Shown here in pieces: positions 45,916 to 55,327 of a stretch of DNA of 64,000 nt; positions within the stretch are counted from its first letter, which is position 1, and each line of letters begins with the position of its first letter. The notes under the pieces are model-generated. The model worked only from the letters and a program-made list of their open reading frames with translations, was not told the DNA's origin and made no database searches. The stretch lies in IMG/VR virus record IMGVR_UViG_3300011115_000844, positions 10,102 through 74,101 of that record. The stretch is one strand, 5' to 3'. The DNA is from a virus. Position numbers and translations under genes: made by a program.

Positions 45916-48900
45916 TTATTTTATTTATTAAATTTTCAACATAATTAATAGAATTACTAATTGGTTTTTTAATTACATCGTTGTAAGAAGTTGTCAATTC
46001 CTTTACAATATCAAAATCAGAAATCAAATTCCCCCCAAATTTATATTTTTTTCCCATACATTTACAAGATTTTTGATTTATTTCGCCACCTTCTTTAAAA
46101 GAAACCCCTCCACCCATTTCATTAATAGTAGAAAGTATTTCTCTATTCGTCATCATTTTACCTTCAAATTCTCTTTTTGTATTGTCTGCAACTGAACGCT
46201 TGTTTATAATAACTTCGTTTCCTTCAACCTCTAACATTTGCCCCGTATCTTTATTAACTGCCTTAATTCCACCATCTGCATGGCTTCTACCATCAAAAAA
46301 ACCACCCTTCTTCGCATCGTTGGTATGTTTACCATCGCCTTTTACTGTACCACCTTCGGCAAATTTATTTACACCAATTGTGTTTCTAAGCATTTGTGCT
46401 TTTGACATATTTTCTTGTTGCATATCTTCTTGGTTTAATTCTGTTAATGAGCCACCGTCTTCATATCTTATATCTTCTTTGAAAGGGTCAAAGTCAATGT
46501 TTCTGCCATCAGCAAGTTTAACTTGGTTAGCATCAAAAATTGTCCACGCTTTTGTAAATTCAGCAGGGTTATCTACATCGTACACTCCTTTAAACTCTTC
46601 TGCATATCTAACACCATCAAAACCATGCGACATTAAAAAGTATTTAAACTCTTTTTTAGTATCTCTTGCCATTAATAACCAAAATGGCTTATCGTCAAAT
46701 CCAAAAGTAGCATAAATGTATGTACCTATTTGTTCCAAAACTACTTTTAAAGTTTCTGCCCATTGTTCGTCTGTAATGTTTTCTCCATAATTTTTTTTGG
46801 CTATTACTTTTGAAATTTTCATTCCCCAACCAATTTGATTATCAAGTTCATCGTAAAAATCTTCTGTAATAGCCATGAACGGGTTTCTAATGTTCAAAAA
46901 GCACTTATACAACAATTCCAAACCATGTTGCCCTCTTTGTGAATTAGTAGTGAAATTTTGACTGTATTCTATGTTATCAGCGAAATATCCATAAGGTCTT
47001 CCAACTCCTTCTTTTTTGGTAACGTCAAACGTATAAAATTCCTCTTTGAAGTTAGTACCATGATACACCACTTGTGGTTCTAATGTAGTTAAATCAATAA
47101 CAATAGAACAATTTTTATAGTGTTGTAAAAAGTTACTTTTATCATCTTGTAAAAACGATTTAGCACATTTTTCCCAATCTCCAAACCACTTTTTAAATTC
47201 AGTTGTACGCACTAAAACTTGTTGAATATAATTCAGTTTTGTTGGTTGTTTTGTTGGTGTGTTTAATTTGAAAATCATATCTACTTCGCCACCGTTTGCA
47301 TAAGCCGAAATTATTTTTGGCAAATATGTATCAGCATCCATTTTCATTGTATCTAATTCCTTTTCCATTTCGCTTAATTTTTGATAATAATAAGGACTTT
47401 CGTTTAAATGGTCTAATGCTATTTTACTTGCAATAGATTTATCGTTTGTGTGTTCCATTTCAAATTTAATTCCCAATTTTAATTGCGAATTAATATATTC
47501 CAAAGGTAACTTAAATTTAGTAGCTATCTTGTGTACATTTGTGTCAATCTCGCTTTGAGTTAAACCTTGTAATTCGCCACCTTTTTTGTAAAAAGATATA
47601 TCGGCAAAATTTGGGTTGTCCATACGTTGTACTGTATCTTCTATGCGAACATCCATTTCGCCACCATCAGACATTTTATTACTATTCAATGGTTTTAATT
47701 CATAAGTTTTAATAAACTCACCAACTGTAAATAATTCAAGTTCAGTTATATTATTTTGTTTCAACTTTTTTGACATTGTATTCCAATCATCCACTCCCCA
47801 TTTGAAATTAAAACTTTCTAACTCTTTAGATTCTATTGCAATATTTGATAAATCACCTCTTCTTACATTTGCTTGAAACGAACCTTTACCTTCAAATGGA
47901 GAGTAATTATTACCAACGTAAGTTTGTTCAACATTTGTATAAATTGTTATCCCCGAAAATGTCTTTGAATATTTAAACCCTTTTGTTGCACCTCCGTTAT
48001 CGTATTTCATGATTGAACTTTTTTTAGGGTTATGCCCCCATATTAATAATGATGTATGTTTTCTTGTTTTGTTACCCTTGTCATCGTACAATTCGCCTTG
48101 CATTCCACTCATGCGACTGATAAATGATATTTGCTTATTTGCCCATTTCCACATAGTATCAGTCCACTTATCTTTTGGTGTGGTTTTCATCTTCATAATC
48201 ATTCTTGCACTTTCTCTACCACTACTAATGCCTTGTTTATTGGCTTCGCTTGTTGAAAGTCCTGCTTCTTTCCCTTCCTTTGAATCGTAAAACCTTTTCA
48301 ATTCTCCATAACTCATATTTACAATCGACTTCCATTTTGCGTAGGTTTCATTGTGTTCATCTACTTCGCCACCATCAGCATAGCCAATCGGGTCAACATC
48401 GTAATACATTCTATTGTCAAACATACAAATATGACAAACATATTTATCAAACGCTTCAGATTTTTTTGTATTCCATTCATGTCTACATCTTCTACATTTA
48501 ATGTCTTGACCTACTTCGCTACTATCAGCGTATTTTGGCAATCTTTTCATAAACTCTTTGTTCGGGGTTAATTCAAAACCAAAACTTTGATAATACTCAA
48601 TTAATTCGTTTCTTGTTTTTGTATTACCTATTGGTGTAGGTTCTAAATAAATCGTAACTCTATATTCATCGGCTTTATCAACTATTTGTTGCAAATACTT
48701 ATATGCTTTTACGGATTTATTACTTTTTTCAAACTTGTCAAAAATAACAACATTATCTTCTTTAAATGGTCTTAATTCATTTGGTAATGCAATTATTATC
48801 GTTATATCATTTTTTATACCTTTATACCAATCAATATACCATTTATAGAACAAACCTACTTCGCCACCATCAGCATATTTCATATCGGTAACATTCATTA

Positions 48901-49591
48901 ATTTATAAAAATCATTGTTCCCATCAATAGTATTAAAACCCGATTTTTGAAGCATTGATTTTATTACATCAATATTAGGTTCTGCTTTTTGAGTTATATG
49001 TCCAAAAATTAAATCGTGTCCATTTTTATCAGCATATTCAATAATGTATTGCATAACCTTAGTACCAATACCTTTCATTCTATTGCTTTTAGAAACTATT
49101 AATGATTGAACGTATAAAGGGTTTTTAGCATCAAAACCATATATTTTGCTATGCTCATTGGTTGTACTAAACATTTTTAATTCAACTACTCCATCATTAA
49201 TTAATTTATCTATTTCGCCACCTTTAGCGTATTTCATCAAATCATCATCTTGAACGTATGCTTTCTTAACCTTTGTGCCACCTGCTTTTAAAAGAAACTT
49301 ATTTACCCTTGCCATTGCCCATCCACCCCTTGTAATATTCGGTCTATGTGATGTACTGTATGCTCCCAAACCTCTACGGTAAACTGCTTTTAAATCATTT
49401 AAAGTAATATTTTCGTTATCGTGTTTTTCTCTAAATTCCTTTAACTTATTATTTAATGCCACAATAGTTTTAGCATCAAATTTTATTTCAGTTGCAGTTT
49501 TTTCTGACGAAGCACTCCCTTTTGAGTTTACCTTAGAACCTTTAATCCTATCTTTTGCAGGTGCAGGTGTTTGTGATAATGACTTAGCCAT
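45902..49591 (-). CDS. large polyvalent protein (DUF5824-like, two GNAT-like, Zn ribbon, DUF3140-like, DUF5661-like, ART-PolyVal-like) with about 12 x-x-GG linkers
   Basis: AVYRRGLGAY...WAMARV; RMKGIGTKVM; LIEYYQSFGF; CRRC...CHIC; SLLIWGHNP; GIKFEMEH...IALDHL; FKKWFGDWE...VYHGT...FLNIRNP...GFDGV. Confidence 0.8.
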   Translation of the reverse strand: MAKSLSQTPAPAKDRIKGSKVNSKGSASSEKTATEIKFDAKTIVALNNKLKEFREKHDNENITLNDLKAVYRRGLGAYSTSHRPNITRGGWAMARVNKFLLKAGGTKVKKAYVQDDDLMKYAKGGEIDKLINDGVVELKMFSTTNEHSKIYGFDAKNPLYVQSLIVSKSNRMKGIGTKVMQYIIEYADKNGHDLIFGHITQKAEPNIDVIKSMLQKSGFNTIDGNNDFYKLMNVTDMKYADGGEVGLFYKWYIDWYKGIKNDITIIIALPNELRPFKEDNVVIFDKFEKSNKSVKAYKYLQQIVDKADEYRVTIYLEPTPIGNTKTRNELIEYYQSFGFELTPNKEFMKRLPKYADSSEVGQDIKCRRCRHEWNTKKSEAFDKYVCHICMFDNRMYYDVDPIGYADGGEVDEHNETYAKWKSIVNMSYGELKRFYDSKEGKEAGLSTSEANKQGISSGRESARMIMKMKTTPKDKWTDTMWKWANKQISFISRMSGMQGELYDDKGNKTRKHTSLLIWGHNPKKSSIMKYDNGGATKGFKYSKTFSGITIYTNVEQTYVGNNYSPFEGKGSFQANVRRGDLSNIAIESKELESFNFKWGVDDWNTMSKKLKQNNITELELFTVGEFIKTYELKPLNSNKMSDGGEMDVRIEDTVQRMDNPNFADISFYKKGGELQGLTQSEIDTNVHKIATKFKLPLEYINSQLKLGIKFEMEHTNDKSIASKIALDHLNESPYYYQKLSEMEKELDTMKMDADTYLPKIISAYANGGEVDMIFKLNTPTKQPTKLNYIQQVLVRTTEFKKWFGDWEKCAKSFLQDDKSNFLQHYKNCSIVIDLTTLEPQVVYHGTNFKEEFYTFDVTKKEGVGRPYGYFADNIEYSQNFTTNSQRGQHGLELLYKCFLNIRNPFMAITEDFYDELDNQIGWGMKISKVIAKKNYGENITDEQWAETLKVVLEQIGTYIYATFGFDDKPFWLLMARDTKKEFKYFLMSHGFDGVRYAEEFKGVYDVDNPAEFTKAWTIFDANQVKLADGRNIDFDPFKEDIRYEDGGSLTELNQEDMQQENMSKAQMLRNTIGVNKFAEGGTVKGDGKHTNDAKKGGFFDGRSHADGGIKAVNKDTGQMLEVEGNEVIINKRSVADNTKREFEGKMMTNREILSTINEMGGGVSFKEGGEINQKSCKCMGKKYKFGGNLISDFDIVKELTTSYNDVIKKPISNSINYVENLINKINGKF

Positions 49592-49666
49592 AATTTAGTT
49601 TATAACCTTTTTTTATTTTATTATAAGCAAATTTCAATAAAATAATTTAATTTTTCCATAAAAACT

Positions 49667-49674
49667 TATATTTG
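49667..49674 (+). promoter_or_regulatory. -7 promoter element for the + strand micro-ORF
   Basis: TATATTTG about 33 bp upstream of the ATG at 49708. Confidence 0.55.
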
Positions 49675-49707
49675 TGCTATTATTTTATTAACCTAAAACA
49701 TTTAATC

Positions 49708-49806
49708 ATGTTTAACATTAAAGACCCAAACACTTTTTTAGGTGGTCAAAACGTACACAACCTATTAATCTTAGGTGCGTTAGCGTATATCATCTTAAAA
49801 AAGTAA
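49708..49806 (+). CDS. 32-aa membrane peptide on the opposite strand (not in ORF track)
   Basis: MFNIKDPNTFLGGQNVHNLLILGALAYIILKK; own promoter and terminator. Confidence 0.65.
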   Translation: MFNIKDPNTFLGGQNVHNLLILGALAYIILKK

Positions 49807-49831
49807 GCGATGGCTTATATGCCAATTAATT

Positions 49832-49860
49832 ATGCCTTCTACGAATTAGAAGGCATTTTT
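49832..49860 (+). terminator. intrinsic terminator
   Basis: ATGCCTTCT...AGAAGGCAT followed by a T run. Confidence 0.65.
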
Positions 49861-49864
49861 AATT

Positions 49865-49893
49865 AAAAAAACCCCTTATAGAAATAAGGGGTT
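49865..49893 (-). terminator. intrinsic terminator after the GT4 gene
   Basis: AACCCCTTAT-AGAA-ATAAGGGGTT with an A run on the left. Confidence 0.7.
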
Positions 49894-49931
49894 ATCAATC
49901 AAAACTAAGAACAAATCAAACTATTCTAAAA

Positions 49932-51200
49932 TTATAAAGTTTTTTTAAATAAATCTACCCAAGTCTTTGATATTATTTTCCAATCAAGACCTTGCATATA
50001 TTTATAAGCGTTATCAATTCTCTTATTATAGTTTTCTAAAAAATTAATATCTTCATAATCACCCTGCATTCCTTTTGCTATGTAAAGTATCATATCAGCA
50101 ACATCAATATAATCACATTGTTGTCTTATCGTATTATCAAAAGTAGTTGATATAGGAATTAGTTTATCAATTGTGTATGCTCTTTTACCGTTATCAGTCA
50201 TTTCAATAAATGAAGTTGAGTTAGGACAAATAACGGGTGTTTTAGTAGCCATTGCTTCTGTTAGTGTCAAACCCCAACCTTCGCCAAGTGTTGTGGTTAA
50301 ATATACGTCAGAGGCATTGTAAATCTTATTTAGCATTTCTATACTTGCTCCATTGTTAGCTAAATCAATATCCAATAACTTATAATCTTTCCCTTCAATT
50401 AAATCTGTTTGTGCAAGAATACATCTAATATCCCAACCCATCGGGTCTTTTGGGTGCATATGTAGGTATAAAAATGGTTCTTTCTCAATTTGATTTTCTT
50501 CCCATTGTTTTTTTGCTTCAATAAATGAAAATATAGTTGTAGGTATATCCTTTCGGGGTTGATTCCTATTTATGTTTGTAATAATAAACTTATCAGCATT
50601 TCTTCCAAAATATTCCTTTCTAAATTCTACAATTTCTTTTTGAGGTAATGGGAAAAATTGCTTTGGGTTATTACCATGAGGTATAACTTTAATTTTCTTT
50701 TTTAATTCGGGTTTGTGTTTCAAAACTTCTTTTCTACCATATTCGGTATATGCAACTATACAATCAAAAAAATCTAACCCATCTGTAAGTTTTTCAACAA
50801 GTGGTGCGTCAACGGGAAAATAAAATATGGACTTAAATTGTTTTTTGTTAGTAGCAATCTTTTCATCAATAATTGTTTTTAAAATTGATGTTATTGGCAA
50901 AATAACCCCTAAATCTTGAATGATAAAAATACCATCGTATTCGTCTGTATCTTTCAAAATTTTAAGAAAACCAAACCTACCAAAATCATCTTTCTTTGTT
51001 GCTGATTTTACTGCCGATATAACGTAAGTGCCATCTTCTTCTGTATATGGTTCTCCGAAATAATTAATAGCACAAATATCCAATTGAATATTATTTCCAA
51101 AATTATTCTTTAATTCTTTCTTTATATTGTGTGAAACTGTGGCAAACCCCGTATGGCAATTATAATCGCCTAAAAATAATACTTTGTAACTCTTTTCCAT
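49932..51200 (-). CDS. GT4 family glycosyltransferase
   Basis: TGFATVS, NRNQPRKD, YNASDVYLTTTLGEGWGLTLTEAMA. Confidence 0.9.
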   Translation of the reverse strand: MEKSYKVLFLGDYNCHTGFATVSHNIKKELKNNFGNNIQLDICAINYFGEPYTEEDGTYVISAVKSATKKDDFGRFGFLKILKDTDEYDGIFIIQDLGVILPITSILKTIIDEKIATNKKQFKSIFYFPVDAPLVEKLTDGLDFFDCIVAYTEYGRKEVLKHKPELKKKIKVIPHGNNPKQFFPLPQKEIVEFRKEYFGRNADKFIITNINRNQPRKDIPTTIFSFIEAKKQWEENQIEKEPFLYLHMHPKDPMGWDIRCILAQTDLIEGKDYKLLDIDLANNGASIEMLNKIYNASDVYLTTTLGEGWGLTLTEAMATKTPVICPNSTSFIEMTDNGKRAYTIDKLIPISTTFDNTIRQQCDYIDVADMILYIAKGMQGDYEDINFLENYNKRIDNAYKYMQGLDWKIISKTWVDLFKKTL

Positions 51201-51231
51201 TTAATAGGTTTATTTTATAAAATAAATATGT

Positions 51232-51957
51232 TTACAATGTTTTTAAAACAATTCCTCCAAATATACCAATTCCAAACCAAAATAACTTACTATCTAATAT
51301 GGTTTTTTTATCCTTAACTACAACATTTTTTAACTTGCTTACATCAAGATATGGGTTACTATTGCTAACTTCTACTACTGCTTCTTTTTTTAATTTCAAA
51401 AAACCACTTTTTTTATAGCCAAGCGTAACTACTGATTCGTTGGTTAATAAAAAACTATCCAACAACAAACCTTTCTTTTGAACCTTACCGTACATACTAA
51501 ACCATTTTTCCTCCATTTTAAATGGTTGTGGCACTATTACGCTATTGTTCAGTAAACTATCAATTAAATACCTTGAACTATCTCCTTTTTTTATTCTTGC
51601 CATCCAAACTGATGTATCGGCAAAATGTGTTGGAATAAAGGGAACAAAAATGCTATCTATTTTAATCTGTTGCTTTTGGCTAATTTGACTTTGTACTATT
51701 TTTATATCCCCATTAAGTTTTAAAACTCCCAATTTTAATGCTTCAAATTGTGATAACAACATTTGATTTTGAGTTGCTAATGTACTGCTATCCTTTAATG
51801 TTTTTTTTTGAAAGTTATTTTGAAGGTCAACATATTTAGTTGAATTATCCAATAAATTATTGTAATCTTTTTGTATTTCACAACCTTTATAAAATAACAT
51901 TATTATTATAAACGTAAGAATTACTATGATTATTCGATTAAAATTTAGTTTATTCAT
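51232..51957 (-). CDS. membrane protein with N- and C-terminal hydrophobic segments (spanin-like candidate)
   Basis: N-terminal TM ending KGC, coiled coil, NSNPY, C-terminal FWFGIGIFGG. Confidence 0.5.
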   Translation of the reverse strand: MNKLNFNRIIIVILTFIIIMLFYKGCEIQKDYNNLLDNSTKYVDLQNNFQKKTLKDSSTLATQNQMLLSQFEALKLGVLKLNGDIKIVQSQISQKQQIKIDSIFVPFIPTHFADTSVWMARIKKGDSSRYLIDSLLNNSVIVPQPFKMEEKWFSMYGKVQKKGLLLDSFLLTNESVVTLGYKKSGFLKLKKEAVVEVSNSNPYLDVSKLKNVVVKDKKTILDSKLFWFGIGIFGGIVLKTL

Positions 51958-52876
51958 TTTTTGTTTTTTTATTAAATACCATTTTAACACCTTCATTTAA
52001 TTGTATTGGGTTGAAATCTTCTCCATAAACAATAGTATAAGTTGCTGAAAGGTAATCAATATTTGCTTTTGTAAAAAATTGGTAATTAGATTCATCAAAT
52101 GGGTTATCTACATATCGAATTTGCCCTTTAGTGTGTTTTATAATTTCGTTGGCTAATTGTTCAAAAGAAACTGCCACCCCACTCCCTACATCAATAATCA
52201 ATTTGTAAGGCAAATAATCGAATACAATAAAATATTTTAATAAAAGTAAATGTACTCTATTTACATCGTCTATGTGAACGAAATCCCTTTTTATGTTTTC
52301 GCTACCATAAAACAAATCATTTTGCAAAATACCATTGTTGTAATTATCAATCCATTTGCTTACTATTGAAGCCATGCCACCTTTGTGACTTTCAGTTGAA
52401 CCATATACGTTATGATAACGTAAAGAAACCACCATATTTGCAGGTTTTGTCTTTAGATACTGTTCAACTACTGCTTTGCTATTAGCATATTCGCTTTGTG
52501 GAGCAATTTTATCATCTGTTCGCCAAGCACCATACACCGATGCTGATGAAGAAAAAACCAATGGGATATTCCTAATTGAATTTTCATTTATAAAATCAAT
52601 TGAAAAATTAATGTTTTGATATAAACATTCTTCTTTTGTTGCCCTTGTTGATGAATTTCCCCCTATATGAAAAGTAAAATCAACTAAGTTTAAAAAATCG
52701 TAGTATTTATTTTTAAAAATAAACTCCCAATCAATAAACTTTTCAATACGCAAATCTTTTCTTAATGGTTTACTATCGTAATCAATTGCAATAATGTCAT
52801 AATAATTATTATCATTAAGCATCTTAATTAATTCGCCACCAATAAAACCACTTGCACCCGTTACACAAATTCTCAT
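51950..52876 (-). CDS. NAD-dependent sugar epimerase, HldD/RfaD-like
   Basis: VTGASGFIG, SSASVYG, YANSK, RYHNVYGxxExHKGxMAS, RDFVHIDD, YQFFTKA. Confidence 0.85.
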   Translation of the reverse strand: MRICVTGASGFIGGELIKMLNDNNYYDIIAIDYDSKPLRKDLRIEKFIDWEFIFKNKYYDFLNLVDFTFHIGGNSSTRATKEECLYQNINFSIDFINENSIRNIPLVFSSSASVYGAWRTDDKIAPQSEYANSKAVVEQYLKTKPANMVVSLRYHNVYGSTESHKGGMASIVSKWIDNYNNGILQNDLFYGSENIKRDFVHIDDVNRVHLLLLKYFIVFDYLPYKLIIDVGSGVAVSFEQLANEIIKHTKGQIRYVDNPFDESNYQFFTKANIDYLSATYTIVYGEDFNPIQLNEGVKMVFNKKTKNE

Positions 52877-52877
52877 G

Positions 52878-53225
52878 TTATTTAATTTCTTCTGCTTGTT
52901 CAATATTATCCGATAATTTTTCCTCTTGCAATTTCTTTTGTTCTTTTATGAACTTGATTAAATTATCAGTAAATTCTTTACAATACTCTACATCAAATCG
53001 TTTAAAATCTTCATCCCTTAATTCCATTGTATCGTATTCCAATGGGTATTGTATCTCATGGCTTCCCGTTTCGGGTATGGTAGGTATGCTGATAACTAAA
53101 TAGTGTTTAGATATTTCATCATCAATTGCTTTTGCAACAAATACGTCTATATCGTTGTACTTAAATGTTTTTGAGTATTGATTTTCGGCTATTAAATCAA
53201 CCCCTTCGATTTTAATTAATTTCAT
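52878..53225 (-). CDS. hypothetical protein
   Basis: ORF in operon. Confidence 0.6.
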   Translation of the reverse strand: MKLIKIEGVDLIAENQYSKTFKYNDIDVFVAKAIDDEISKHYLVISIPTIPETGSHEIQYPLEYDTMELRDEDFKRFDVEYCKEFTDNLIKFIKEQKKLQEEKLSDNIEQAEEIK

Positions 53226-53243
53226 TTTATGTGTTTTTTGATT

Positions 53244-54008
53244 TTACCAACTAATTTCCCAATCTTTAAATTCTGATGCAAGGCAATCAATCTTATAATC
53301 TTTGCGACCACCTACAACTTCTTGTATTTTATTTTTGGCAGTATTTCTTATACCATTAATACCATGAGTTAATTCTAAATTGTTACCGTCTTTAATTCCT
53401 TTACGGTAATTTGATTCATTGTGCCAAATATGTAGGTTCATTTGAGAAAGCACAACTATTGCTCTAATTGTTTCAGAAGTGATTTTTTCACCACTTGCAT
53501 CAATCAGCAATTGTATATCGTGTACAATGTCTTTTATTTCTTCTGCATATTCTTTTTTATGGTCAGCAATAAATACTTCCTTTAATTGTGCAATGCTTAA
53601 TCTGTCAATTAATTCGGCAAGTGTTGGCAGGTATTTTCTTTCTTTATGGAATTTCATACTTTGAGCAGAGTTTTTAGTAAAATCCATTAAAGTATCAAAA
53701 TCAAAATTACTTGGGTCAATAGCATTGGGTAAATCCAATTTCTCTTTAGGGTTTATAATACTTTTATTTGAAGGAGCATGAAATTCATATATTTTTTGAT
53801 TCCCTTTTTCATGCCAAGTTTGTATTGAAAAATGTCCACCATGCTTTTGTATTTCTTCATGTGGATAGCCATTATCAATTACCCAATCAATTACATTCAT
53901 TTCATTTTCGGGTATAACTTTGGGGAAACCATACTTTTCTCCATTTGTGGGTAGAACCCACTTTTCTTTGTTTTTACTCATGTTGTTTATGTTAAAAGGG
54001 TCAAACAT
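53244..54008 (-). CDS. two-domain protein with DUF4254-like C-terminus
   Basis: TLAELIDRLSIAQLK...NLHIWHNE...NGIRN. Confidence 0.55.
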   Translation of the reverse strand: MFDPFNINNMSKNKEKWVLPTNGEKYGFPKVIPENEMNVIDWVIDNGYPHEEIQKHGGHFSIQTWHEKGNQKIYEFHAPSNKSIINPKEKLDLPNAIDPSNFDFDTLMDFTKNSAQSMKFHKERKYLPTLAELIDRLSIAQLKEVFIADHKKEYAEEIKDIVHDIQLLIDASGEKITSETIRAIVVLSQMNLHIWHNESNYRKGIKDGNNLELTHGINGIRNTAKNKIQEVVGGRKDYKIDCLASEFKDWEISW

Positions 54009-54012
54009 TTAA

Positions 54013-54600
54013 TTAATTATCTTTTCTTTTTAAAATTGTTAAACCATTATTATTATGGAATATTTTTTCCACCTCCCAACAACTACCTAATTCAGTATTC
54101 ATAAAATCATCAATTGCAGGTACAAGTCCTTCTTTTATTTTTTGTTTGTTTTTAACTATATCGCTAACACAATGATAATCGTTTTCATCTTTAAAACCAA
54201 AAGACGTTGTATCATGAAATGCAAGATATTTATTTACTTTATTTGAATGCAACTTTAATTCATTACTTAGTTGTTCGTAAGTATGGAATGTATCAATAAA
54301 TAAAAAATCGGTTTGTTGAATTTCTATTTTAAGAACATCAGCAATAATTAATTCCAAATTAATATTATACTCTTTACCAATTTCAATAAATTCATCTGCG
54401 TTTTGATGTCTTTCAATATCATAGCAAACTAATTTTTTTGGATTTGCTAACATTAATGCCCATGCAGAAACAAATGAACGAGTACCCATTTCAGTTACAT
54501 GATTACATTTACACGCATACTCAAATAGTGTTGGTAAATGTTCGTTTATATCAGAATAAACATTTTTTAAAGTGTCATACTTTTGTAATACTTTTTCCAT
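54013..54600 (-). CDS. class I SAM methyltransferase (Methyltransf_24-like)
   Basis: EMGTR, DFLFIDTFHTY, AFHDT, NGLTIL. Confidence 0.85.
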   Translation of the reverse strand: MEKVLQKYDTLKNVYSDINEHLPTLFEYACKCNHVTEMGTRSFVSAWALMLANPKKLVCYDIERHQNADEFIEIGKEYNINLELIIADVLKIEIQQTDFLFIDTFHTYEQLSNELKLHSNKVNKYLAFHDTTSFGFKDENDYHCVSDIVKNKQKIKEGLVPAIDDFMNTELGSCWEVEKIFHNNNGLTILKRKDN

Positions 54601-54605
54601 TTTTT

Positions 54606-54848
54606 TTATTTAAAGATTAGTAATATAATTAAAATCCAAATTATTCCATTTATGTGAATTATATTATTTCTGTTTTCATCTATTTTAATCATAAAATTAG
54701 TTATGATTTCAGTAAAATTTACCGTTGGCTCATTATTCTTTTTTGCTTCTTTAAGCACTTTTAGTACATTAAAAAACAAGTTTATTAAAAAATAAGATGT
54801 GGTTGGAAAACTGTAAATAAATAATAAAAAGGTTTTAATGCTTTGCAT
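54606..54848 (-). CDS. small membrane protein
   Basis: Hydrophobic termini. Confidence 0.5.
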   Translation of the reverse strand: MQSIKTFLLFIYSFPTTSYFLINLFFNVLKVLKEAKKNNEPTVNFTEIITNFMIKIDENRNNIIHINGIIWILIILLIFK

Positions 54849-54851
54849 AAT

Positions 54852-55223
54852 TTAAAAGTTTAATTCTTGTTGTTTGTAATAAATTTTATCCATTAATACC
54901 TGCAATCCTTTACTATGTACTCTACGCATTTTGGCTATCTTACCTTCAAATGAAGTTAGGTGCATCAATATATCGTTTGCATTGTAACTTAGGTAATAAC
55001 CATCAGTAGTTGCACATATCCAACCCTTTTCGCCACTTTCATTGGTAATATCTACGTTTACCCGTAAGTAATGAATTAATGCTCTAATCCCCGAATCGTG
55101 GAAAGCAGTAGTGTTTAAATCGGTTTGCATCAACACATCTAATTGCTGATTATTAATCATCTTTTTTTTAGAAGTGTTCTTTTTAAAATGTTCTACAACA
55201 TAATCTACAATAAATTGTTCCAT
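54852..55223 (-). CDS. winged-HTH-like protein
   Basis: IRALIHYLR...ICATTDGYY pattern. Confidence 0.55.
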   Translation of the reverse strand: MEQFIVDYVVEHFKKNTSKKKMINNQQLDVLMQTDLNTTAFHDSGIRALIHYLRVNVDITNESGEKGWICATTDGYYLSYNANDILMHLTSFEGKIAKMRRVHSKGLQVLMDKIYYKQQELNF

Positions 55224-55327
55224 GCTTTAATCTTTGTTTTTTAAAATAATGTAAAATAGTGTCAATATTATTGAAACAATAACCCCAATCAAATAACCCA
55301 AAACTATATCTTTAATAGTTTCCATGA

